Of a stretch of 64,000 nucleotides of DNA, positions 49,107-58,066 are shown piece by piece; within the stretch, counting starts at the first letter, position 1, and each line of letters begins with the position of its first letter. Both the position numbers and the translations under genes were made by a program. Under the pieces are notes generated by a model, which did not search any database, was not told the origin of the DNA, and saw nothing but the letters and a program-made list of their open reading frames with translations. Source of the stretch: an uncultured Planctomycetia bacterium (GTDB lineage Bacteria; Omnitrophota; Gorgyraeia; Duberdicusellales; 4484-171); NCBI GenBank assembly GCA_964629655.1, contig CAZVQU010000001.1:420056-484055 (forward strand), given 5' to 3'.

Positions 49107-50054
49107 CTACACTGAAATCTTCTTTATTTTAGCGATAAAAAAACCTTCCATAGTATCATCAGGAATAATTCTTCTAGCTAAGCGCAAAGACGGAGAGAAT
49201 TTTTTATCTTTCCATTGCAATAAACCCTCCCTTGCATTCTTTAAGGGAAGCTCTATTGGTAAAATCTCTAGCTTTTCTTTGAATTTATTAACAAACCAAT
49301 CAATAACACCTTCATTCTCCTCGGGAGAAAAGGTGCAAGTAGAATAAACCAAGGTTCCTCCTTCATTCAAAGCCAAAAATGCAGAGTGAAGAAGTTTCTT
49401 TTGCTTATGTACCATTTCTTTAACCTTTCTCTGCTTCCAGTATTTAAAGCTCTTGGGGTTAGTGGTAAGGAAACGCCCTTCTGATGAACAAGGTACATCA
49501 GCTAATATCTTATCAAAATATTCGGGAAATTTCTTCCTAACCCAGATGCTATCTAATAATATAACCTTGGTTGATTTAATGCCTTGGGTCGTAAGATTAG
49601 CTAACAGTTTATAGTAACGGGGACGGGCTTTTTCTATGGCTGTGACTTCTGCTTGGGGAGCAAGAGAAGAAATTTGAGTAGTTTTAGCTCCCGGTGCAGC
49701 ACACAAATCAAGGATTTTATTTTTATTTTCAGGCTCAAGATAAAGTACCGGCAACATACTCGATAGATTCTGGACATAAACTAAGCCTTCTGTGTAGATT
49801 TTAGTTTTCTGAAAATCCCTTAAAGGTGTATTCAGCAGAAACGCGCCTTGGGGAAAAGGCAACTCCTTATACTTCACCCTTTGATTCACTAAGAGTTTTC
49901 TCAAAGTTTGTAAATCAGTCTTTAAATAATTTATCCTAAAGGTAGTCTTCTTCTTAGCTAAAAAAGTACTGGCTACGCGGGTAAAGCTAGAAGGGTAAAT
50001 CTCCTTTAACTTAAGTAGAAACTCTTGTGGCAACTTATAAATTCCGTCTCTCAT
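49107..50054 (-). CDS. RsmB/RsmF (NOL1/NOP2) RNA m5C methyltransferase
   Basis: DLCAAPGAKT, DVPCS, YSTCT..PEENE. Confidence 0.92.
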   Translation of the reverse strand: MRDGIYKLPQEFLLKLKEIYPSSFTRVASTFLAKKKTTFRINYLKTDLQTLRKLLVNQRVKYKELPFPQGAFLLNTPLRDFQKTKIYTEGLVYVQNLSSMLPVLYLEPENKNKILDLCAAPGAKTTQISSLAPQAEVTAIEKARPRYYKLLANLTTQGIKSTKVILLDSIWVRKKFPEYFDKILADVPCSSEGRFLTTNPKSFKYWKQRKVKEMVHKQKKLLHSAFLALNEGGTLVYSTCTFSPEENEGVIDWFVNKFKEKLEILPIELPLKNAREGLLQWKDKKFSPSLRLARRIIPDDTMEGFFIAKIKKISV

Positions 50055-50097
50055 TCTTTATTTCCTCTAATTACCATACCATAATAAATAAATCCTG

Positions 50098-51126
50098 TCA
50101 CTTCTCTAAAAGATATTCGGCTCTTAATTGGCCACAGGCAGCGTTAATATCCTGGCCCCGCGATTTCCTGAGAGTAAAAAATACGCCTCTTCTCTTTAGC
50201 TCTTGGCTAAAGATATCTACTGTCTCTTTATCAGGAGCTTTTAATTCAGAAGATGCTCCATTATAAGGGATTAAATTGGCTTTAGCATTAATTCTATTAA
50301 GTAGCTTTGCTAACTTCTTAGCATCATCTATACCAGTATTTATCCCCTCTATTAGGACACATTCAAAGGTAACCGGATCTTTAGAATCTTTGCTAAATTC
50401 TCTAATTGCCGGGATCAGTTCCTCTATTGGGTATTTTTTGTTAATCGGCATTAGTTTATTACGGATCTCATTATCAGCTGAATGTAGGGATACTGAGAGC
50501 TTTACCCCTAATTTCAATTTAGCTAATTTCTTAATCTCTGGGCAAAGACCACAAGTCGATAGGGATATTTTTCGTTTTGAAAAATTAATGCCTGCTGAAT
50601 CCATTAATATATTTATACTCTTAATAGTATTTTCAAAGTTATCTAAGGGTTCTCCGATACCCATAAAAACTATATTAGTTATCTTGCCGGGAGCCTTTAA
50701 GCCAGAAACGCTTAAATACTGGTTTACAATCTCGCCGGCAGTTAAGTTCCTCTTAAAGCCCTTTTCTCCACTGGCGCAAAACAAACATTTAAATTTACAA
50801 CCGACTTGGGTTGAAACACAGAGGGTATTCCTTGCCTTCTCAGGAATTACTACTGCCTCAATGGCTAAGTCATCCCTTAACTTAAATAAAAACTTCTCAG
50901 TTCTATCCGGGGATTTTTCTTTCTTCACAAGGCTTAATCTAAGAATGGAGAAATTCTCCTTTAAAAACTCTCTGGTCTTCTTAGAAAGATTGCTCATCAA
51001 ATCAAAATCTTGGACTCTCTTTGCATAAACCCATTCAAAGACTTGCCGGGCAGTGTAGGCAGGATAACCTTTTATCTTTAGAAAATCTTGCAGTTCTCCA
51101 AGAGTATAATTTTTTAAATCTTGCAT
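50098..51126 (-). CDS. rlmN: 23S rRNA A2503 C2-methyltransferase
   Basis: CVSTQVGCKFKCLFC, FMGIGEP, AACGQL. Confidence 0.96.
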   Translation of the reverse strand: MQDLKNYTLGELQDFLKIKGYPAYTARQVFEWVYAKRVQDFDLMSNLSKKTREFLKENFSILRLSLVKKEKSPDRTEKFLFKLRDDLAIEAVVIPEKARNTLCVSTQVGCKFKCLFCASGEKGFKRNLTAGEIVNQYLSVSGLKAPGKITNIVFMGIGEPLDNFENTIKSINILMDSAGINFSKRKISLSTCGLCPEIKKLAKLKLGVKLSVSLHSADNEIRNKLMPINKKYPIEELIPAIREFSKDSKDPVTFECVLIEGINTGIDDAKKLAKLLNRINAKANLIPYNGASSELKAPDKETVDIFSQELKRRGVFFTLRKSRGQDINAACGQLRAEYLLEK

Positions 51127-51162
51127 AAGTGTGCTATTACCTTTATTTATTGTTGAATTTGC

Positions 51163-52191
51163 TTAAGCTTTATGCGGTTGGATTATTACTTTAAGCGAAT
51201 CTTCCCCTTTAGCAACAAGGCTAAACCCTAACCCTGCCTCGGCAAGGCTTAATTTGTGCGTAATCATCTTACCCACAGGCACTGCGCCACTACGAATCAA
51301 CTCCATTGCCACAATGGCATCTTGGGGACTATTACCATAAGAAGGCATAATTTTTATACCATTACGCCAAAAATCATTGACCGGAACAGGAAGAATAACC
51401 CCTGGCTCTGTAGGGGCAAAACATAGTATAGTTCCTCCTCGATCAACAGATTGCAAGGCCTGCTGGAAAGCTGATAAGGCTGAAGTACAAATAATTACAA
51501 GATCAGCAAGCCTGCCTTGATTAATCTGGCTCAAACGGGCCGGAACATCTTCTTTAGCAGATATTACTGAATCAGCTCCGAACTCCTTTGCCATCTTTAA
51601 ACGATGTTGGTTTACATCGGTAACTATTATCCGCTGGGCCCCTGTGGCCCGGGCTAAGAGCAAATGAATTAACCCTGAGATACCACCTCCGAGAATTAAT
51701 ACATCTTGGCCGGACTTTAGATTAGCTTCCCTTTGGCCCCGGACTACGCAGGCTAAAGGTTCAATAAAGGTTGCTTCTTCAAATGATATCTCATCCGGCA
51801 GGAGAAAGGTTCCTCTATCAACATTAATTGCCGGTACCTGTATGTATTGTGCAAAACCGCCGGGGAAAAAGTTCGTGGTATGCAGGGTCTGGCAAGCAGT
51901 ATGATAACCATTCAAACAATATCGACAAGTATTACAGGGAACATGGTGGGAGACACAGACTCTATCCCCTTGTTTGAAGCGGGTAATGCCTTCTCCGACT
52001 CCAACTACCTCACCAGCAACCTCATGGCCTAAAACAAGAGGGGCTTTTTTAATGCGGTACCACTGCATCACATCACTGCCGCAAATACCGCTAGCCTGTA
52101 CCTTTACCAAAAGCTCTCCTGCACCGATAGTTGGTGTAGGCAATTCCTCTAGCCGGACATCATTATTATTGTAATACATTGCGACCTGCAT
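51163..52191 (-). CDS. Zn-dependent alcohol/sugar dehydrogenase (MDR)
   Basis: GICGSD, GHE, CNTCRYC...C. Confidence 0.92.
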   Translation of the reverse strand: MQVAMYYNNNDVRLEELPTPTIGAGELLVKVQASGICGSDVMQWYRIKKAPLVLGHEVAGEVVGVGEGITRFKQGDRVCVSHHVPCNTCRYCLNGYHTACQTLHTTNFFPGGFAQYIQVPAINVDRGTFLLPDEISFEEATFIEPLACVVRGQREANLKSGQDVLILGGGISGLIHLLLARATGAQRIIVTDVNQHRLKMAKEFGADSVISAKEDVPARLSQINQGRLADLVIICTSALSAFQQALQSVDRGGTILCFAPTEPGVILPVPVNDFWRNGIKIMPSYGNSPQDAIVAMELIRSGAVPVGKMITHKLSLAEAGLGFSLVAKGEDSLKVIIQPHKA

Positions 52192-52203
52192 ATAATTTTT
52201 CTC

Positions 52204-53016
52204 CTAAACAGATTGTTTACTGGCTACAGCACCACTCTTAATGCTATTAAATAATTCCTGTGCTTGATCAACCGTAGCATTTTCGTGTATGATTGCCTGT
52301 AGGCCTCTTGCTACTGCTACAGGATTAGGACTCTGCCAGACATTCCTTCCTAAGTTAATGCCAATAGCTCCTTTTTGCATGCCATCATAAACAAACTCAA
52401 AGACCTCACGTTCGGTCTTACATTTAGGCCCGCCAGCCATAACTACTGGCACCGGACAACCATCTACAACCTTATCAAAATCTTCACACCAATATGTTTT
52501 TACTATTCGCGCACCTAATTCTGCTGCAATGCGACAGCATAGGCCAAGATATCTGGCATCTCGTTTCTCCAGCTCTTTGCCTACAGCAGTAACTGCCATA
52601 ACCGGAATTCCATACCTCTCACACTCATTTACGAGACGGGCAAGATTTAGCAGTGTTTGACGTTCATAGTCGCTGCCAATAAAAACTGAAATCCCTACGG
52701 CAGCAGCGTTAAGGCGAACAACCTCCTCTACCGATGTGGTAATCTCTTCATTAGCTAAATCCTTACCTACCATGCTAGTGCCTCCAGATACCCTAAGGAT
52801 AATCGGTTTACTACCAATAGGGTCTATTGCTGAACGTAAGACCCCTCTAGTTGCAAAAAGGGCATCGCAAAAGGGAAGGAGAGGCTTAATGGTCTCTCCT
52901 GGTTTCTCCAAACACCTAGTAGGCCCTTGAAAATAACCATGGTCAATAGGCAAGAAAAAACAATGGCCGTCAGATTTGATAACTTGATTTAAACGATTTT
53001 GCATTCCCCAATCCAT
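52204..53016 (-). CDS. lsrF: LsrF-like class I aldolase/thiolase
   Basis: MDWGMQNRL, DHGYFQGP, AELGARIVKTY, AGGPK, GRNVWQ; GGAGG RBS. Confidence 0.8.
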   Translation of the reverse strand: MDWGMQNRLNQVIKSDGHCFFLPIDHGYFQGPTRCLEKPGETIKPLLPFCDALFATRGVLRSAIDPIGSKPIILRVSGGTSMVGKDLANEEITTSVEEVVRLNAAAVGISVFIGSDYERQTLLNLARLVNECERYGIPVMAVTAVGKELEKRDARYLGLCCRIAAELGARIVKTYWCEDFDKVVDGCPVPVVMAGGPKCKTEREVFEFVYDGMQKGAIGINLGRNVWQSPNPVAVARGLQAIIHENATVDQAQELFNSIKSGAVASKQSV

Positions 53017-53028
53017 CTTTACACCTCC

Positions 53029-53065
53029 TAATGAGCACATCCCAAAGGGATAGTGCGAATTATCC
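53029..53065. repeat. Short palindromic intergenic repeat, copy 2
   Basis: TAATGAGCACATCCCAAAGGGATAGTGCGAATTATCC. Confidence 0.85.
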
Positions 53066-54550
53066 ATACCAATAATTTACTAATGGTTTTGAGTCCTTAG
53101 TAGTATCTACTATGACATTTTTAAGATTTGTATACTCTAACAAACCTTGATCACCTAGTTCTTTACCGAATCCACTTTGCTTAAATCCACCATAAGTGAG
53201 CTGATTAAAAAACATGCCGTAAGTATTGATCCAAATCGTACCGGCATTAACTTTATTAGCTATATTTTTAGCCTTCTCAATATCTTTTGACCAAATACAA
53301 CCAGCAAGAGCAAAATCACTTCGGTTTGCCAATTCAATCGCTTCTTCTACCTTTGAAAATTTACTTATACAGACTACCGGACCAAAAATTTCTTCTTGAA
53401 AGATTGGCTCATCAGGTGAAACTCCCCCGAACACCGTAGGCTCAAAAAAGAACCCTTTTTCTAATCCCTCTTGGGAAGGGATTTTACCGCCCAATAATAA
53501 CTTTACACCACTGGCTTTAGCTTTCTCTGCATACTCAATAACTTTTTCTCTTTGCCATTGTGAAGCCAAAGGCCCCATTTGAGTTTCAAAGTCTAAACCA
53601 TTGCCTAACTTAATAGCTTTTGCTTTTTTAACAAACCCTTCGACGAATTTATCGTAAATGCTATCTTGCACTAAGATTCTTGACATCGCCGTACACATTT
53701 GCCCTTGATTCAAAAATATAGAGCACAAGGAACCATTAACTGCTAATTCCAAATCAGCATCTTTTAAAATAATACTAGCAGATTTACCTCCTAGCTCCAT
53801 AATCAACTTTTTTACATTTTTAGATGAATACTCTAAGATCTTTTTACCCACAATATTTGAACCAGTAAATGAAATCATATCTACTCGCTTATCTGAACAT
53901 AGTGGCTCACCGGCTTCCTCGCCTGGACCAGGCATGACATTAACCACTCCTTTAGGTAAACCTGCTTCATTGATAATCTTTGCTAACTCCAAAGCTGTAA
54001 GCGGGGTTAAACTTGAAGGTTTCAAAATAACTGCGTTTCCAGCTGCTAAGCTCTGAGCCAACTTCCAGGAAGCAATTAACAGTGGGTAGTTCCAGGGGAC
54101 AATCAAACCGACTACTCCTCTTGCCTGAGGTAGAAGCCGGGCTTTTGCCGATGAAACTTGGGATTTTACCTCTATGGTCTCCTCTTTTAGAATCCTTTCA
54201 AGATTATTACCGAAATATTTAAAAGTTTCAGCTGCAGAAGGTATATCCATAAAAGTTGATTCCTTAAGCGGCTTACCCGTATTTAAAGTCTCCAGTTCGG
54301 CCAATTCACCGCACTTTTCCAAAATACCTTGAGATATCTTAAGCAGGAATTCTTTTCTTTGTGCTAAGGAAATATCTCGCCAAGGCCCTTTATCAAAGGC
54401 ATCACGTGCAGCTTTAATTGCTAGATTCACATCTTCCCGAGAAGCTAAACTAACCTCAGCTATAGTTTCACCGGTAGCAGGATTAATTATTTTATTTTTA
54501 AATTTAGAATCCTTAAATTCTCCGTTAATGAATAAATTATAGGTTTTCAT
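53060..54550 (-). CDS. NAD-dependent aldehyde dehydrogenase
   Basis: PWNYP, FTGS, ELGGKS, NQGQMC, EEIFGP. Confidence 0.95.
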   Translation of the reverse strand: MKTYNLFINGEFKDSKFKNKIINPATGETIAEVSLASREDVNLAIKAARDAFDKGPWRDISLAQRKEFLLKISQGILEKCGELAELETLNTGKPLKESTFMDIPSAAETFKYFGNNLERILKEETIEVKSQVSSAKARLLPQARGVVGLIVPWNYPLLIASWKLAQSLAAGNAVILKPSSLTPLTALELAKIINEAGLPKGVVNVMPGPGEEAGEPLCSDKRVDMISFTGSNIVGKKILEYSSKNVKKLIMELGGKSASIILKDADLELAVNGSLCSIFLNQGQMCTAMSRILVQDSIYDKFVEGFVKKAKAIKLGNGLDFETQMGPLASQWQREKVIEYAEKAKASGVKLLLGGKIPSQEGLEKGFFFEPTVFGGVSPDEPIFQEEIFGPVVCISKFSKVEEAIELANRSDFALAGCIWSKDIEKAKNIANKVNAGTIWINTYGMFFNQLTYGGFKQSGFGKELGDQGLLEYTNLKNVIVDTTKDSKPLVNYWYG

Positions 54551-55554
54551 CTTATTTTAACCTGCTTAAATAACTCGAATAAGCGCTTAAACGGTACATA
54601 CCAGCGAGACAACTGCCCTAGCTGACCTTTTAACTTCATTTTTCCTTGAGTAACAGCCACAAAAGGATCTACCTTGCCCAGAAAAACTAATTCCCAAATG
54701 TCCTCTGAAGCTGAAATTACAAAAGGTGCATTAAGATCAAATTCTAATTTTTTTATCTTTCCTTTTTCAAAAATAAATCTATACGATTTGTTGTCCTCGT
54801 CCAAGCTTATGGCTAACTCCAGAGTTAGGTCTAGCTCTTGGCCCTTTTTACTAATAAGCTCATCCTTATTAACCAACTCTACGATTGCCTGCACATGCTC
54901 TTTAGAAAACATCTTATAGCTGTCAGTTTTTTGGGTTAAATCCTGCTTCAAAGCCTTGTCTAAATCATCTAAAACTTCTCTTTTGAATAATCTAGCAACA
55001 CTGGCAATTTTTACTGCCTCTTCTAAAGTTTCAATCAAATCAAAACCATCCTTGAAACTTTGGCCTATGCTAATTACGCCATGATTTTTAATTACCGCTA
55101 GGTTATTAGATTTTAAAGCTTCAATTACTAACTCTGGTTTAGTCATACTTGGAGTTTCCTGCACAACAGCTTTTACATTGCCTAAATAGACTTGGGACTC
55201 AAAGGTTAAATTTTTAAGGTCAGAACATACAGAAAAATAGCCGTTGGCTAAAGGTGGATGGCAATGGATTACTGCTTTGGCTTCAAAACTCTCATAAATT
55301 AATCTATGCATAGGGAATTCTGTACTCAAACGATTGTTTTTTAAATCTTTCTCATTATTAAGATTAATTTTAATAATGTCTTCGGGTTTTAATTGGCCTA
55401 GGGATGTCCCGGTAGCCGTGATAAGAATATTGTCTTTGTCTAACCGGGCGCTTAAATTCCCTGACTTAGCAACTGCCAAATGCAGGTTTTGTAATTTCTC
55501 ACCGATTGCAATTATTTTTCGCTTTAACTGTTTTTCTCGGCCTAATACCATCAT
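54547..55554 (-). CDS. Class II aldolase/adducin domain fused to an SCP2 lipid-binding domain
   Basis: SGNLSAR, STEFPMH, HCHP, KNHG; C-terminal GKVDPFVAVTQGKMKLKG. Confidence 0.85.
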   Translation of the reverse strand: MMVLGREKQLKRKIIAIGEKLQNLHLAVAKSGNLSARLDKDNILITATGTSLGQLKPEDIIKINLNNEKDLKNNRLSTEFPMHRLIYESFEAKAVIHCHPPLANGYFSVCSDLKNLTFESQVYLGNVKAVVQETPSMTKPELVIEALKSNNLAVIKNHGVISIGQSFKDGFDLIETLEEAVKIASVARLFKREVLDDLDKALKQDLTQKTDSYKMFSKEHVQAIVELVNKDELISKKGQELDLTLELAISLDEDNKSYRFIFEKGKIKKLEFDLNAPFVISASEDIWELVFLGKVDPFVAVTQGKMKLKGQLGQLSRWYVPFKRLFELFKQVKIR

Positions 55555-56504
55555 CTTACCTCTAGATATATATGCTTAGTAATAAACTTATTAGGAGTTA
55601 TATCAAATGCCGGATAATAAGCCTTTGCACCTTTGGGGGCAAGAGCTACCCCTTGATAGGTTGTAAGTTCCTTGTCCGGTCTTATTTCAATTTTTATATC
55701 TTCCCCAGTCTTTGCACCAGATAACGGAGCACAAAGCACATAAAAAGGAATTTTAAAGTATCTAGCTATCAAGGCAATCTGGTAAGTTCCAACTTTATTA
55801 GCAATATCCCCATTCCCAGCTAAATTATCTGAACCAACTATGACTTTATCAATTTTTCTCTCACTCATTACCTGCGCAACCATATTATCAGTTATTACTG
55901 TAACGTCAAAGCCTGAACGCATAAGCTCCCAGGCAGTAAGCCTTGAACCTTGTAAATAAGGTCGGGTCTCAGTAGCGAAAAAACGTAACTTCTTACCCTT
56001 AGCTTGGGCAAAATCAGCTATTAGAGGCAGGAGGCCGCTAATATTACAATGGGTAAGAACCACATCGCCACCTTTGAGTAATTTAGAAGCTTGTTTTGCT
56101 TGTTTAATCCGGGAATTTTTTAACATCTCTAAAAAACCCAATATAGCCTTATCCAGAGGCATACCTGCTTTATGCCAGCCTAAAACCATATTAGTTAAAT
56201 ATTTAAACGAAAGAGTGGGTCGAGTCGAGTTTATTGCTTTAGCAACCTTAGACAATGTAGGAGAAAGATTCTTCTTACTTTTATTATTCTTAATAACCAG
56301 AAGAAATATATACATAACTAAGATGACCTGTCCAACAGCCCGGGTTTTCATCTGGCGTATCGCCGAACAAGCTTGTAAGTAGTTTTTAGCCTTTATATAT
56401 TTTTCTTTCTGAGGCAATGAAGTCTCATCGAGTATATGAATAGTGTTACCCTTTAATTTAATTGGCCAAAATAAAGGTGAGTATTTTATATTTTTCTTAA
56501 CCAT
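55551..56504 (-). CDS. mtnA: Methylthioribose-1-phosphate isomerase-like protein (MtnA/eIF-2B family)
   Basis: TRPT, THCN, ETRPYLQGSRLT, NGDIANKVGTY, AFDITP. Confidence 0.8.
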   Translation of the reverse strand: MVKKNIKYSPLFWPIKLKGNTIHILDETSLPQKEKYIKAKNYLQACSAIRQMKTRAVGQVILVMYIFLLVIKNNKSKKNLSPTLSKVAKAINSTRPTLSFKYLTNMVLGWHKAGMPLDKAILGFLEMLKNSRIKQAKQASKLLKGGDVVLTHCNISGLLPLIADFAQAKGKKLRFFATETRPYLQGSRLTAWELMRSGFDVTVITDNMVAQVMSERKIDKVIVGSDNLAGNGDIANKVGTYQIALIARYFKIPFYVLCAPLSGAKTGEDIKIEIRPDKELTTYQGVALAPKGAKAYYPAFDITPNKFITKHIYLEVR

Positions 56505-56516
56505 CTTTTACACATT

Positions 56517-57140
56517 CTAGTTTTTAAGTTTTGCAATAATACTACAATAATTCCCAAATCTTTTACTTGGAATCATTACGCATCTTAATCCCACCGTATA
56601 ATAAGTTTTAACCCGCAAAGGTTTAAAACCAGCCTGAGATAAAAAACCAAGCCAGACTTCTAAAGACCTGTAAAAATGGCCTAAATCACGGTTAATAATC
56701 GTTTTAGAGAAAGGCAATTCCAAATAAAAATATCCGTTAGGCTTCAGGGATTTATTCACAAAATTGAAAGCAGTAGTTGGACATTCTACATGCTCAAAGA
56801 TATCGAAGGCAGTTACGACATCAAACTTCCCATCAAAAGGTATCCCCTCATTTATATCGCAGCATTTTATACGTTCTGGTCTAGAAACTATATTTTTAGC
56901 ATTTCCTACGGCGTATTCCGAAATATCTAATCCATGCACCTCAAAGTCTCTTTCAATTATCTTTATAAAAAATCCTAAGGCACATCCTATATCTAGTATT
57001 TTTCCTGAAGAAACCATTTCTTTTAGAATCTTTATTCTTCTTTTCCAGAATATTTTTGACCGTAAACCTTCGTAACCAAAAATATAGTTTGAATCTTTGC
57101 CCATGTAATATTCCCTAACGTATTTATTTTTAACCTTCAT
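56517..57140 (-). CDS. Class I SAM-dependent methyltransferase
   Basis: ILDIGCALG, FDIFEH, LKPNG. Confidence 0.9.
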   Translation of the reverse strand: MKVKNKYVREYYMGKDSNYIFGYEGLRSKIFWKRRIKILKEMVSSGKILDIGCALGFFIKIIERDFEVHGLDISEYAVGNAKNIVSRPERIKCCDINEGIPFDGKFDVVTAFDIFEHVECPTTAFNFVNKSLKPNGYFYLELPFSKTIINRDLGHFYRSLEVWLGFLSQAGFKPLRVKTYYTVGLRCVMIPSKRFGNYCSIIAKLKN

Positions 57141-57172
57141 AACTTCTGTCTAATCACCATTACAATAAATTT

Positions 57173-58063
57173 TCATTGGCTAAATATGTTAAAGAAGTTT
57201 TTCTGGGTAATTTTTTCCTTAACCTTATCTTCTAAAGTATCTAAGATCTCTAAATTTTTTTGTAAGTTTCCAGATACCGGATAGTCTGAACCCCAAAGAA
57301 TATGGTCTTGGCCAAATAAATCTAAAGCCAACTTGACATTGCCAGAAGATGCCCCGGATGTATCTACATATACTTCTTTTAGAATCTGGGAAGGTAACCT
57401 GCCTAAATCCTTAACTATCTTTCTTTCCCGTAGCATCATATAGACCCGATCGAACCTATTGCTTAGAAAAGGGACAACTCCGCCTAAGGACGCCAGAATA
57501 AACTTGACCTTGAATTTATCAAGTACCCCTTGCATCATAAGAAGCCCTAGAAAGGTAGATATATCCAAGCTGTACTCTAAAACCGGCATAAGCAAAGGAT
57601 CTTTTATCCGACTATAGCCAATAGGATTAATTGTCTGTGAATGAACAAAAATTGGCAAGTCATGCTTCTGGGCTGCTTCAAATAAAGGAAAGAGCTTATC
57701 GACTATAAACTCACCATTATAACTTGAGGCTAGATTTATTGCTCTAAACCCTCTGCTCTTTAATTCGGCTAACTCTAGGGAAATATTGTTTAAGTTTTCT
57801 ACATCAACCAGGCAAGCTGCGATTATCTTAGAATTCTCTTTTAAAATCTTCTCTGATTCCCTATTGTAGATTTCACTAACCCTTTTAAAACCACCCAATT
57901 TAAAATGGGCATCCGTAGAAGGATAGACTAAAAGGGCCTTATCAATGTTGTTACTATCTAAGAACTCATAGAGCTTATCCTTATCGGCCCAAATACCCTT
58001 GTAAAAAGTAGTATGCTCTGAGAGTTCTTGGGGAATAAAATGGATATGGCTATCAGCTAACAT
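57173..58063 (-). CDS. Amidohydrolase_2-family protein (decarboxylase/hydratase-like)
   Basis: DSHIH, PIFVH, YVDTS, WGSDYP. Confidence 0.85.
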   Translation of the reverse strand: MLADSHIHFIPQELSEHTTFYKGIWADKDKLYEFLDSNNIDKALLVYPSTDAHFKLGGFKRVSEIYNRESEKILKENSKIIAACLVDVENLNNISLELAELKSRGFRAINLASSYNGEFIVDKLFPLFEAAQKHDLPIFVHSQTINPIGYSRIKDPLLMPVLEYSLDISTFLGLLMMQGVLDKFKVKFILASLGGVVPFLSNRFDRVYMMLRERKIVKDLGRLPSQILKEVYVDTSGASSGNVKLALDLFGQDHILWGSDYPVSGNLQKNLEILDTLEDKVKEKITQKNFFNIFSQ

Positions 58064-58066
58064 AAC

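Noticed and set aside
50276-51028. 250-aa plus-strand ORF and other antisense ORFs in the track
   Set aside because: Antisense shadows of well-supported genes, with no motifs or RBS
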